Made by a program: the position numbers and the translations under genes. A stretch of DNA of 63,884 nucleotides, counting the filler, from Neolecta irregularis DAH-3 (Eukaryota): assembly GCA_001929475.1 (NCBI GenBank). It is 7 parts of 7 records of this genome, joined end to end, with 100 filler letters (N's around TTAATTAATTAA, not from the genome) between each part and the next. Parts side by side here need not be neighbours in the genome. Positions count along the whole stretch, not along the records: positions 30,540 to 61,172 come from LXFE01000346.1; 6 more parts are not named here. One strand, given 5' to 3'. The notes under the pieces were generated by a model. It did no database searches and had not been told where the DNA came from. It saw only the letters and a list, made by a program, of their open reading frames with translations. Positions within the stretch are counted from its first letter, which is position 1, and every line of letters begins with the position of its first letter. Shown one piece after another: positions 34,555 to 49,484 of this stretch.

Positions 34555-37500
34555 TTATGGCATCCCGAGCTGGTCAGCACAAAAAACACATAGCTTAACG
34601 GAGGGCAAGGATTCCACTTGCACCACACACCGGTCACAAATTAATTTACCGTCACCTTTACAATGATGTCTCCGTTCTGTGAATTTAGTTATAGCCCATA
34701 AACTAGTCGAGATACCCATGATACTAAACCGTGTCTGACAAATAAGACAATAGTCACTGGCAGAGTCGGGAAGCAAGTGACGTTCACTTGGACTGTCCGG
34801 CAGCGTGAATATACATAATCGTCCATAGTCATCACCCGTGTAAAAGGCTCGATTCGTGCTGGAGAACAACAATGCTGTGATATTGCTCGTTACGGCAACA
34901 TTTCGAAGACCATTGCGGTGTTGGTATTCTTTCAAAAGAACTAGATTCCATCGTCCATTAATAATTTCTCGTCTCCATATCTGGTTTGTAAGCTCTCGTT
35001 TGAAAAACTCGAAAAGTACTTTAGCAACACCTCCGCTATGACCAGTGGCCATAATATCATGGCTTATCCATTCAACTGAAAGGCCCTGGTAGAAAATACA
35101 AGATTTTAGCAAGTCTCTCCCGTCGTTTGACACATCACACTGTAAAAGCATGTGTCCGTTGATAGTCCAAAGAAATAATTCCTGAGAGGTGCATACCGCA
35201 ATCGTGCCGTTAGAGTCGTTGATCGCGATGACTTGGACTTTTTCTTTAACATCCAGATGGCGCACGTAAAGAAGCCGGTTGAGGTCCCATATAATCGCAA
35301 TACCGTCTTCGGCTCCGCTGACGACAATTCCAAGAGATTTCGATACACCAATGGCGAATATTGGGGTGTCATGACCATAAAGCGTTGCTTTATGGTGGAG
35401 TTCGTGCTCGTCGAAATTATGTATTTGCCAAACGCTTATAGTACAATCTATACTGCCGGTAACAATAAGATTCGAATCCATTATCACGCATGATGTGATT
35501 GCTTGGCGATCTAATGATTCCGAAACGGCAAGAATCTCATAATCAGTATTCGACCTCGATGATGTAAATTACGCGTTTTGACTCTGCACTAAACCATTTC
35601 AAGGTTCCATCTAGCGGTGACCACTCAATGAACTTATCGTAACCCGGCCCCAGAAGCAATCTATTTGAGGGGACTGCAATCAGCTTTTCAGGGGTTCCTC
35701 CAACTACTATAGACCCGATCTTATGTCTAATATCCTGATAAGGTGCAACGGATTGCATCATTCTGGTTACATGGTTCTCAAACCGACCCAGTAGGGTATT
35801 TGTAGGTTCATAAACAGAGCTTCCACGCTTCGGATGGGGACGATTGAAAATTTGACGAGGAGACTGTCCAAAGTTGTGAATGATTCCAATTGTTGCCAGC
35901 CGTTCCACCGTATCCTCAATTGTATCGAGATCAATTGCACCCTCATATGATAAATGATGAAAAACATTTGTCGCCTTCACTGCTGCGTCACCTCGTTGCC
36001 GACAGCCAAATACCAGATCAATCCATTCGTGAATATGTTGACTGACATATTCACATTCAAGAGCTTCGTGATGCTTCTGAATGAAGATATGCGGATCGCC
36101 TTTTGCCCATGGAGGGAGCACCACCGAATCAATAAGATCGCCCGTCCCTTGAGAGACACCAAAATTGAATGAGTTTGAATTTACAAGAAATTCTGGCAAA
36201 TAGAAAAACTCTGGGATGAGTTCCCGAACATCAGTCATATTATCTCTTGAGGCTGACATCCAAGCTCTCTCAATCGAGTGAAAAAGGCGATCTGCATGGT
36301 CGAATTGACCGCCTTGCAGTAAAAGATACGACTTGACAAAGGGTTGTAACCGAATTAAGTATGAGCAGACAATCATTGCCGAAGAATAATGTGTTCCATA
36401 ATGAAATGGCTTCTGAGTTATATCTCCCATCTCCTCAAAAGCGCGATAACGATCCTGAAATTCTTTTTCCCGCTCTGCAGTTTGAGCACCCATCGGTTTC
36501 GAGAAGTCGCGAAATGTTGAGGGATTCATCAGATCGAGCTCTTCACTTGCATAGTCTGCTATTACCCAAGGGAAAATCGGATACTGGGTCAAGTCATTGT
36601 ACGTTCTACCTGCCATGGTATTCACGAGCATTAGATACTCAAAATTGGATAGTTCCCCGCGTTCCCATTTTTTTGTGGTAGGATTTGAAAGCGCCGATCC
36701 CAGAGCGTTGACAATTTTGGAGCCTAGATGCGACCCCATAAGTCCTGAAAGGGGTTTTCTTGTATCAACTTTCCATCCAATATCAAGTGTACTTGCAGAA
36801 GGTTCGTCACTGTTTCCGTTAGACATCTTTGCAACCAGTTTGCTATGAATTCTATCGCGCTCTCGAAGGCTTGAAGTGATAAGGTAACTTCGCCCATCCT
36901 CGAAGAAGAATTCCAGTGCGACATCGCGAAATAGAAATCTTCTTTTTGAAAGGGAAGAAAGATGATCATAGGTCCAATGTCGGGTATGAAGCCTTTGACT
37001 GTCTTCCGCTATGACACCGGCTTTTTGGACATTTGAACCAGAAAGAATTTGCAAATATTGATCGCGCTCATTAGAAGGTGCGTTACATGCGTCGACAATT
37101 TCGCCGTCAGATCTCCGAAAGTATCCATCGATAAGATAGATGTTATCCCGACCGAGAATTAGCAGGCCTTCGATAGCATTGAGACCCAGGATATGACTGA
37201 TGTTAAAGACAGCTTCCACATGATCCCCATGCTCGAGACTGCGAAGGACCTTGCGGTTTTTATCTTCTTCGAAAGCTGTTTCTTCGTTAAGGACGTCGTC
37301 TTCATTGCCGACAAGTTCGAAATCAAAATCTTGGCCTTCAAAGTCTTCATTGAAGTCAACTTCGCTCGGCATACTCGGTTCCCCTTTTTCACCTTCAGGG
37401 CTTTGGTGAAGCTCTGATGCATCATCCAATGGTGTAAGAGAAGATGACTGTTCAGACAAATCCGCAGGACTTATTAACTTTGCAGCGCTGGTGGACTTCG

Positions 37501-40500
37501 GCTTGTAGATGATCCTCTCAGTGACATATTCTGGTGCAAGCCTCATTCTCATACGGTTTCGACTTTCAGTGTGGTCGAGCGTCCAGGATCTTTCCCGGTT
37601 CTGATCAAACAAACCTAATTCGCGAGTAAGAGAGCTTGACAGCTTGTCCCATTCTGTTGAAATGAATGCCTGATGATCCTGCAGATCCTGGGCGGACCGA
37701 AGGAAGCGTTGGTGTTCGATTTGGTAAATATTGTCGAGCCATTGGCGAGAAGATATCTCATGCCGGGCCAATATTTCCCGCTTCGCCGCTTCCTGTGAGA
37801 TATCTTGTTTTAGCCTATCTTTCCTGCGGTTGATTCGTGACTTCGCTGCATCCTGATTGCCCTTCGTTTCACTCTCAACAAAGGTTTCCCATGCCCGCGA
37901 CAACTCGTCGAAGAAAAGGCTGTCTAAGGCGGTACGATTTTCATAAGTCCACAAGAGGAACGTCTCTGAATCCTGAAAAGAACGTTAACCACAGCCATCA
38001 ATACAAGTGACCTACCGTTTCCATGATTTTCATAAATTCTGTGGGCAGCTTAGTTTCTGTGACGCTACAACTTGTAGAAGATGAGGCTATTGATCCGCTA
38101 TTTCGACCAGCAGCCAAAATAATTGAGATTTCCGTTGGTTTTTGCAGCATTATTAGACGCCAGATCTCAAGATTAGTAGAGTGGAGATTCAAGTTGCCTA
38201 CATTAGATGCCATTAATCTCACAGGTTCACGATCGTCGACGAGGCAAAGATAGAGGCGGTAACATAGTAGCCGAAGGAAGTCTCCATCTGTATCCTGTGG
38301 AGAAAATAGAACTTGTTGCCAGTACAGAACTCGTTCCAGTAAAGAGGTGACTTCTTCATGATCTGCCTCCGTATCATCGAGGTCAGAAAACCTAAATAAA
38401 ATTACACGGTGAAGTGAACGGTAAAGCAACGAAACTGATGATGAATTGCACTTCACCTCTCTCGATGATAAAGTTTCCGGTTGTTGAACGTGCTCGAGAA
38501 CTGATCCAATAAATTCTAGAAGGGGATCTGAAGCATTTAAAACCCAGCCTTGATATTAAACTAGATCACGTACGATTCTATTACCTTGGTACATTGCATC
38601 AGTTACCATTTGGCAAAACTTAGCAATATTGTTGAGGGTATGAGGCTGCTTCAGCATAGACTTCTTGAGGAGTATTCTATTCAAGAAATTGGACAAGATA
38701 TTGCGCAACAAATAGGTCTCGAAATAAATATGATGTTCTTGAAACCCGGGAGGTAGCTTAAAAGAGAATCAGAGAAACGGGATTATATTTTCTTACCATT
38801 GTGTGCAATGAAAAGCCAGTGAAATCTCGAGGTCCCAGGATCATTTCGATAAACACTGAAATAGTAACTTCTAACAATGATTGAATTATGGCGGGGTTGT
38901 GATTTAGTGAAGCTGACTGCCGGGTAGTTCCGTTTGCCACATCAGGGTTCGCTCCTTTCAAGGAAGTTGATGCTATAACATCTTCCATAGGCTCGTTAAC
39001 CAGAACAAATGACTGACCCCGGCGAAACGATGGTGCCCTTTTCTGGGCGGGAGAGTGGTTTCGGGAGAGTGGCCTCAATACTGGTGACCTGTTCTTGTCG
39101 CCGACCAGAGAATCAATGATAACAGCTTTGTCAAAAGTCAATCCCGCATCGCGGGAATTTAATTCTGTCTCTGCATCGACGGTCTCAGAAGCACAAATGA
39201 TCGGGAACAAGATTGCCAGGATATCCTGAATAAAGGTAGATTTTGTAGCAAACTCTCGAAAAGACGATGATTGAGTATGAAGATCTTGCAGGAATCGAAC
39301 AATCATCTGCAGAGTTTTGGTCTTCTCTTCGATGTTGTCCTCTGAAGTATTTTTGCCTAATAATTAATCGGAATAGGGAAGAGGGACATACTATTTCTAA
39401 ACGAATCTCTATTGTCCACTAGAGAATACGATCGGTTTCTTGATTTGGCAGGTCCCTCTTGGGTAGATGATAGTTGGTTTGCTGAATTCAACGATCGTTG
39501 CTCGTGGACAATATTCATGATCCCAGTTTTCAACATGACCGCTATGACAGGAAATATATCTGGCACGACAATTTTGGGCTCTTTATTCCCAGTTCGAAAT
39601 GTATCCATCAGATCGTATAAACCCAAAGGACGACGGAAGTTGATAACTGAGACATCAAGACCAAAGAATATCGAAAAGACAACCAGCCAAAGGGGTTGAA
39701 TATGCCAATACTGGGAACCGTATACCTTAAATAGTAGGAATCCATTGCTTCGACCAACAAATCTTTGAACATAACGGGTTCCTTGCGACACAAAGAGTCT
39801 AGCGATAATCTTTGCGCTTGCAATTACACACCGTGGCTCGGATTCTGCAAACATGAGAAGAGTCCACCGGTTCGTAATCGTAGTGGCAAACTTCTTCACA
39901 TAGAGATCTTCTATAGGGTCGCAAACAAGCTCTGCTAGCATTTCAAACACCTGATAGCCGACCTCGAAATATGTTCTCTTATCCATCCTGTGTACACTTG
40001 GATTATTACTATTTAGTCGAGGGGAAAACTTGGTTTGCTGTCGGAGACTTTTAGCTCTTGAACGCGAACGCGAACGAATTAATTTGCCTTGCACTGTTAG
40101 AACAAATATGCTGATACAAGCTCGAACCTTTTCTAATCGAATAGGTAATAAAAGTAGCTATAGATCGTAGCACGTCGGTTGAGAAGTTCGACTTGACCAA
40201 TACTTTCAGAGTCTCCATGAAATGTGGCAAATTGCCATATCCAAAGGACCCAGATTTGAGTGCGAATAGTAACTTTTTGACAATGTGCATCTTCGAGAGT
40301 CGCTTGGAATTAAACTTATGATATCTACTCATCTGTCCAAAAGTGACAAGTTGATCGAGATGCGAACGCTGCACTTTCTCATCACCTAGCTTCCAGATCT
40401 CGAGATCAACGATTAGAAACCGATAAGCAAGCGGATTGCGAATGATGGAATCTCTGTGATTTCAATACGGTTAAAGGCACAAACATACTCTTGATGGATG

Positions 40501-42619
40501 GAATTCAAACCGACGAAGTCCAACACGAGTTCAAGAAGCTCAAGTGTGATGCATTCTTTTTTCTGTTGAAGCAATCTTCCGAGAATTTCATAACCATGCG
40601 ACCTCTCGATATCTTCGGAATTCCGCCAATTGCTTTTAATAGACTTGAAGAGCATCGAGACAGCATTGATTACTTCAGTTGATGTCTATCAACATAAGCA
40701 TGATGCAGACCATATTTTCGATAAACCTCGGCATTCTCTACCATTTTCAGGCCCACTGCGCAACCGCCCATTGACCACAGACCATCGTCCAAAGACTTCG
40801 GTGCGATAATTGTAGGCTCACCTTTGAGAAAGGCAAGTCCATTGGCATTACAGAATGCATCGTTGAATATAGGGACAGCCGTGTTCACAAGGATTCTCGA
40901 CGCTGATAAGATCCCGACAGAATTCTTTCCTCCAGTGCGAGATAAGGCTTCACGAATATGATCGTCAGATGCTGATACTACTGCTTCGGGATTCACACTC
41001 CAAAGTATTTTATTAAGAGGTAATAAGGTTCCGCATTTCCCACGAATAGATGCCATTAGTATGCTTTTTTCCGCCTTTGAAGGCAACATTTGTTCGAGTC
41101 GTAGGTTGAGCTGAGTACTCGCTTCATATGTTTGAAACTGACCGAGTGAGTCTTGGAAATTTCCGAGGTATCTCGGCCCGAGACGATAGAACACTTCGTT
41201 CAGCTCTTCAGGGAGTATATCATCTATTATATGTGCTGGTCCAAGATTCCACCGCAATGACGAGACATTTGGCCCTAATTTCTGCACGAAATTGTAGGGG
41301 GTCCCAAAAAAAGCTTGGACAGGCTGATCTGACGGAGGAGACGATGGATACAAACATCTTATAGCCTCAATCTCTTCCCCATCGACATAGAGAAATGCCT
41401 TTGCAGATGAAGATGGTCTATGCTTCCTGTGCATTATCGTGATATGATACCATTTTTGAGTTACGAAGCGAGATGTTTTGAAACATACTGAGGTGCGGAG
41501 TGAAGTTTGGAGAACTATTCTTCGAGTGTTGGACTCAATATATGCCATTGTAAAGCACTTCTGGGAGGCATCGAGAATTCCGAAGAGTGTGAGATGCATT
41601 GATGGGTCTATGGTGTCGATATATATCCAGCCCGAGAAAGTATATCCAGTTGGAGGAGGAAATGGGCGGACTATATCACCAAGTTCAAGGCTTGCATACC
41701 CGTGAATGGACATGTCAAAGTGTATTTGGGAAGGGAGACGTGATGATTCCATACAATCAAGGAGGAATTGAAATAACCGTGAATTTGATGGTTCATTGTA
41801 GATTTTCCGAACCAGGCGCTTCGAAAGAGAAAGATCTAAGCCCATCTCGACTAGCCTTTTTGCGAGCATGAAGAGGATGTGATGAAATGGCGAATCGAGG
41901 GATATGGTCAGTGATCGATCTATTATGATGTCTAAGGCGGAAGTTGAATATAGGGAAACTTGATTATAACGACTTGAGGACACGAGGTTGTAAAGAGCAA
42001 TGTATATACTGTGAACGAGCCTCGATTCGAATACGTTGGCCTCTTGAAGTTGCAGAAGAATCGGAATGACTTCAGGGTTGCGCAACCACATGGAGGTCTT
42101 GAAAGATGACATCATCAAGTAAAGACGTGATTCATCTTGCTCGTCTGTCACGGTCATAAAATGATTCTCGGCGGAGCGATCATGTAATGCTAAAGTGAAT
42201 AAGATTCCCACGATGTGATTCGGTGAATCCTTGAGCAATACGGATGAAGAGATGGAATCGCAGAGCGAGTCAAAACCCCGGATGCTTTTAAAATAAAGAT
42301 GGTTTGGATCGTGGTCAAATAAAGCTTCGTCTAAGACGTTGTAAATAGCCTTTAACAATTCGACGGCGGTGGGGTAGTCTTCGTGGCTGGATATCCTCAA
42401 ATCTTCCAAAGCTTTGAGGACCAAAAGAAAGCCCGAATCCTTTTGGAAAAAAAGCTTTGAATCGGGATATTCAACCAAAATACGTCGGATTTCCTGGAAA
42501 GAATGTATCCGTACTAGGAGGCTCTGCGAAGACAACGACGCTGCGGTCGACATGGTGTCCCTCAAGTCGCGAACATACTGCTTCGTGGACCCAGCAGACG
42601 ACGATGGCCTTTGTTCCAT
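34555..42619 (-). CDS. BPH1: Beige/BEACH-domain protein (ConA-like, PH, BEACH, WD40, C-terminal FYVE-like finger)
   Basis: SNFEYLMLVNTMAGRTYNDLTQYPIFPW, HYGTHYSS, VRELIPEFFY, WIDLVFG, NFGQSP; WD40 repeats; RRHHC-containing Cys finger at the end. Confidence 0.93.
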
Positions 42620-42937
42620 TAATCAACACGGAAATCACAATGGTGAAGGATATATGTGTGGGTCAAGGGCGGGTGCGGGTGCTTAATCAGAGTTCTCGAA
42701 AGTCCAGCTCTCTAATTTATACATGGAGTCTTACTATATATGCGGCCTATATGAGCCGAAATGGAAAAACCATACCTCAGAGGAATATATGTTAGTATCG
42801 AAAAGTCAGAGATGGCACTCTGTGTTGATAAGATGGCGGCGCTAGTTTGATTGCCAGCCAGATAAGAAGGGGGTGAGACGCCACGATCCGTCTAGGTTCA
42901 TCCCATCTACCAACAACATCCAGCTAACCTATTCAAT

Positions 42938-44490
<1,553 letters not shown>

Positions 44491-44678
44491 TGATTCTACA
44501 TAATTTAATTTTGCACGTCACGGTCTTCATGGTGGATACAGCTGAGTATTGTTATGCAGTTGATTTTTCGTACCACAGTTCTGTTAGCGAGGTTATTGCA
44601 TACATACCTCATCTAATTGTCATGGATGCTATTGGTCATCTTATGCAATGTTATAATGCAGATCTGTGAAACTGTGAA

Positions 44679-44858
44679 CAGTTTGTCCAACCGCCCGCCC
44701 GCCAGAGCACTCACTGTCCGGCAGGTCGTTGGGCAGATTACTAAGCCGCTCGTCCATAGAAGAGATCTGGACCGCCCGCCTGGAGTGCGCTAAATAGGAA
44801 GACCCAGGCGAAAAGGTTGAGCCGCCCGCGGGCGGGCGGACGGCTGGTGGACACACTG
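44679..44858. mobile_element. Complete hAT-superfamily MITE (180 bp)
   Basis: TIRs CAGTTTGTCCAACC / rc CAGTGTGTCCACCA with inverted ccgcccgcccg motifs. 8-bp TSD actgtgaa / actgtcaa (7 of 8 match). Confidence 0.85.
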
Positions 44859-44938
44859 ACTGTCAAACTTTCACTTAAGCTATGACTAATTTAGTATCCA
44901 AAATATCTAAACATTTCGCTCAATCATGGATCATTTTA

Positions 44939-46022
44939 CTATAGTTTTGGGCGCTCGGATGTCTTTCTGTCCTCATGTAGTCGTATCAGTCCTTCCTGGA
45001 TGCACTTGAATCAATCAAAGATTGCTAGATTTGAGATGGCATACAGTAGCAATCAATCTTCCATCTCTGGAATATAAACGCCCAAAGTTTAATCCTCGAC
45101 CATTTCCTGTCCATGGGCTCTAGCAAATTAGATGGGAATCGGGACGGATTCACCTCCATCTCAAAAAACATCCATTCATCTGCCTTAAAGTCGTGCGTGT
45201 GGAAGTATATAATGTGATCTAGACTTGCCATCAAACTGACCTTGCGGTAGGCATCATTCACTTTCACACTTGTACTAAGAAACCACTTGTCAGATAAATA
45301 AGCCAACACAATGGCGTGAGCTGAACAAGACCCCTGAATTTTGCCTTGTGCTTTCAACCAGCCCCTCGATTTCCTAAGATATGGTGCAAGTTTCTCTTCC
45401 TCCGGCGTTTCGAGGACTCTCCGGTTCTCGATGGGGCCTCTTTCAATATAGCTAAGAGCCATCAAGCGCTCTTTCTCGGAAATGCTAATTTTAGAATAAA
45501 ATTTCTTGTTCGAAAGTAGTTCAAAGTCTGATGGTAGCGTTTCAAGATTCGGGATATTCGTGGGAAAAGGAGTAGTGTGAGATAATGCCGAGTCTTCCGG
45601 CCTCTGGAAAGATGCAACCAAGTGACAGATACATCTACCTCGTTGAATCGCTTCGACGGAGCGAGTCGTGAAAGACTAACATAGGAGCAATTGAAATATT
45701 GGAGGATTCGATACCTTTCCGTCCCTCACTCGTTCAACAATATACAGAATTGGGATTGAGACATCTCCCTATATGGTCTGACATTGCCAAATAAAAAAAG
45801 GATCTGTACGGGCAACAAAAAATAGGAGTGCAATGAATGAACAACATAAACTTCCTCAACCGTTTTGGTTGCTGCCGATAATGCTTGGCTGATAACCGCG
45901 CCGCCGAATATCCCTCTAGCTCCCGGAGGCTTCCAAAGAGATTGAGTAGATCGATAGACATTAAGTTCAACTTCTTCAAGTGCAAGATTCTCTTCTATTG
46001 GACTTGTCGCAGGAAGTGGCAT
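44939..46022 (-). CDS. TES1: Peroxisomal acyl-CoA thioesterase II (ACOT8/Tes1)
   Basis: PPGARGIFGGAVISQAL, VHSLHSYF, LAYLSD, MASLDHIIYFH, QEGLIR; C-terminus -PKL (PTS1-like). Confidence 0.92.
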
Positions 46023-46488
46023 TGTGGATCAAAAGGTGGGACATCAGCCGAGGTACTAAATATTGTTGTTTAATTGTTTGTCGGGGAAAAACGACTTGTG
46101 AAACGCAGCACCGTCCCTTTTCCGAACTCGTGATCCCTGCGTACTCCTCTGCATGTGGTATGGACTATCTAATTCGTCTGTCTAAACCGATTCTGAACCA
46201 TGTTCTTCAGTGAAAAGAGTACTACCAGATAGTCTGATAGAAAATGTATCATAGTATGGGTATTATATAAGTGGGATGAGACCTCCTCAGATGCTCCAAA
46301 GCGGGCGTGGTTGAGTGAGACTCCAAGTTTGCAATATAGCAACAAATAGAACAAGAGGACATACATCTGCAGCAACAAATTTAAAGAATACCGAGGCCAA
46401 ATGAATAGCAGATCTGGATTCTGGGCGTTTAAATTCTAAATTCCAATAAATATTTGTTGTGTTGGTGTTCAACATGCGTACTAAAGTT

Positions 46489-48950
46489 CTATAAAACAAT
46501 GACACGATCACTAACTCCGAGAAACTGTCTTCTGTAATCAACAATAGCTTTTGCGATTTTGTTCACGTCAGGCGTTTCTGTCTTTCGCATTTGAGTTATG
46601 ATCCTCCGTAATCCATTCCGGTATTGCAACTGTTCCTCTTCGGTCTGGCCTTCAACTGCTTGGCCAAGCTCAATTAGAATTTCATAGTCTATCCATCAGC
46701 AGTGGATCTTTCTTTCACTTTCGCCGTACCTGGTCTCCGGATCTTGTCAAAGTGAATACTGGTGCAAGAGTCATCATTACATATACCTCCAGAACATTCG
46801 AACTGACACAACTGACCGTTTGGATTTAAATTATGACTATAAGTGAGAGACCCATAACCTGAAGGCACCCATCTTAGGTAGTTCGGATGAAAGCGAAATG
46901 ATTTGAATGTTCTCAAGGGACTAATATAATTATGGTTTTCGTGAATGCCTCCATTGGGTTTGATCGGAGCATCAGCAACTCCGAGTGGAATATAATCGGT
47001 TTGATCATATATCACTGGCGAATTAGGTTCTGTATGTCCTTCGGTATCCTCCGGGGTAATTGAATTGTTTCCAGGACTTTCTACTTCAACACAATGCTGA
47101 TATGTCGAAGAATGCGACGAGTCATCATTCGTAGAGAGAAGATTACTACCTACAGGTTGATGGATACTGGCGGACGAGATCTGAACATCTTCCATTTCCT
47201 GAATTTCGGATTCAAGATCTTGAGGTGGGTGATATTTCTCGGATTTATGTTCTTGCGATGAAACCCTCTTGCGAGTAAGGGAAGCTACGACATCCGCAAA
47301 ACTAGTTTGTTGGGCTATCAAATAAATTTGGAAACTTTCATAACAGGTTACCAGTCGCAGATGGTGGACAGGCTAGCTCGTTTTGTAGAATTTCCACTTC
47401 TGAAAGTTTCTGTTCGTGAACCGTGCGGGCTTTCTCCGCATTGAATGAGTGTGTTGTGAGTGTTTCCTCGGCCGCTTTCTTTTCTTCGTACAATCTAGTA
47501 CGGCTTGAATGTGCATCTTTCAGTTGAAGTTCCAAATGAGATATGTCTTGATTAAGAATCGCAAGTCTTGCCTCTTTTTCGAATATGAAAGATTCGATAG
47601 ATTCAAGTTCAGTTTCAACACGATGTTCCACGGCCCGAGATTCTTCCATAATAGCATTGATCGCATCAGAGCTTTCTATTGATTTCTGGAGCTCAATTTG
47701 AAGTTCACTAAGCTTTCGTTCTTTAAGTTTTCGGCTAACATCTTCCACAATCTCAGTTTCCTGAACTTGATGCAAATCATTGGCGCGAGGCGCCTTTTTT
47801 TTGCTTTTCTCTAATTGTGCTATAAGATTGGTCATTCTCTTGATTTCGTCTTCTGTGTCTTGTAGCTTGCGCTTCGCGTGGGTAGAAACAGACGTGGGAG
47901 GTTCCAGACCTTCAGCCCGTTGGGATTTGTACATTGGTTTCTCAACTACTGTGGAATCCATGTCAATTCTCGAGATACTAGCTTCGTCATCACTCAGCTC
48001 AATGATCACATTATCGCAGGAATCACTCCCAAATTTCGAACGAGAGTGGGAGGTTTCAGGGACGAAATCTGCAGCTACAGGGCGACGTCTTCGTGCATTA
48101 TTTTCGACAAGCCCGTTAACTGACGTGTGTTGCCGGGGCGAGTAATTACTGGCCGTAGAAAGTGGTGGAGACTCTATACGAGTGGATGTTAGCTTAGAGT
48201 TTCCTTGTTGGTCGTTCGTGTCGTTCGTTTCGACTTCTGGTGTACTCTGTTCCGTTGTTAAATCGACAACTTGCCGTTCAGAATGGATCAGCTGCTCGAT
48301 CTCATCGACCGGTATAGTCTGCCGTGGAGGAGATACGAGGTAGTAGGATTCTGGCACATTAAGGCTTCGTAAAATATCGATTAAAGCTTCCGGATGAACG
48401 TTCTCTGAACAAAGATCGCTAAACGAAAGACCCAACTTAATGAGTTCTGCAACGGCCACACTTGCGGCTTGTTTCTTATTCTTAATGGCTAACACAAGTC
48501 AGGTTCCATCCGGGATATGAAAAAAAACCAAAACTTAGAGCAGACGATCTTCCTGGGGTCGTCTGAGTTTCGGGTACTGGGTGAATTCTATGTGATTAGA
48601 AGCTTGCGGTTGAAGGGAACGAACCGTCCGGGGAATTCGGGAGCCTTTGGACGAACCTTATAGTTTGAAGTTACCATATGATGCTTCTGGCCTTGAAATC
48701 ATGAGTTAATGAAATATAAAGAACACAAGCCATAATGGGGATAGGTTTCAGGTAGCGGGGGGCTCCCACGATTGTCGGCGTCACTAATCTCACCTTCCTC
48801 TCGTTCGGACGCAGCGTCTGACGCATTGTGAGGAGCTGCGAGACTATTCTGGTTCTTTTTCGATTGCAGAGCAGCCATGCGCAAGGAAGTCAAATCCATA
48901 GACAGACCTCCATTCTGAGGCAACGGCTCTTGCGGAAATAGTGCTACCAT
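46489..48950 (-). CDS. zf-C3H1 protein, Red1/ZFC3H1-like (MTREC/PAXT scaffold)
   Basis: LRMAALQSKK, EREEGEISD, RRRPVAADF, coiled coil, YISPLRTFKSFRFHP..TYSHNL..CQFECSGGICNDDSCTSIHF. Start is ATG 48950 or 48899. Confidence 0.75.
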
Positions 48951-49484
48951 AGCGAAAAATCAAAAACGACAAAGAGCAGAGAGCAGAGAGAAAGGTATGC
49001 TCTCGGGCTTCCCGTGCAGTTCAAGCAGAATCTGGTTCTCAGATCTCTTCTAGAAGCAGTGATGCAGAAAACCTCAGATGCTCTATTCTGAGAAAGCAAA
49101 ACGGGTTTGATTTTACCCAGTGAACCGTATTATATGCGACGGCAGCAATGACAATACTTATGTTATGTTGTGAGGCAGTTTTTCGCGAAAGAGGTGGCAG
49201 CGATGAGAAGTAACGATGAATATTGGAGAAGTAATTTGGTTAGCCGATATGGACCCGACTCGGAAACCTTTTCACGGAAATTCTCCTTCTACACTAATCT
49301 TGTATTTCAAAGTTAATATCTTGATTTTATGTATAGAAGACATTGCCTCTATTCATTAAAACTTCAGTACATCAAGCCGAGCACTGGCTGGTGTACAGCA
49401 TTACAATACAGCCCAACTCCGTTTGGACGAATCGTTATATTTACAGGATCTCAAGAACTAGACACCAATAGATTGCTTGGAATT

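Noticed and set aside
49059-49092. Box C/D-like TGATG..CTGA (also near 34189)
   Set aside because: Too short or lacking a terminal stem and a recognisable rRNA guide. No tRNA, rRNA or snoRNA could be supported in the window.
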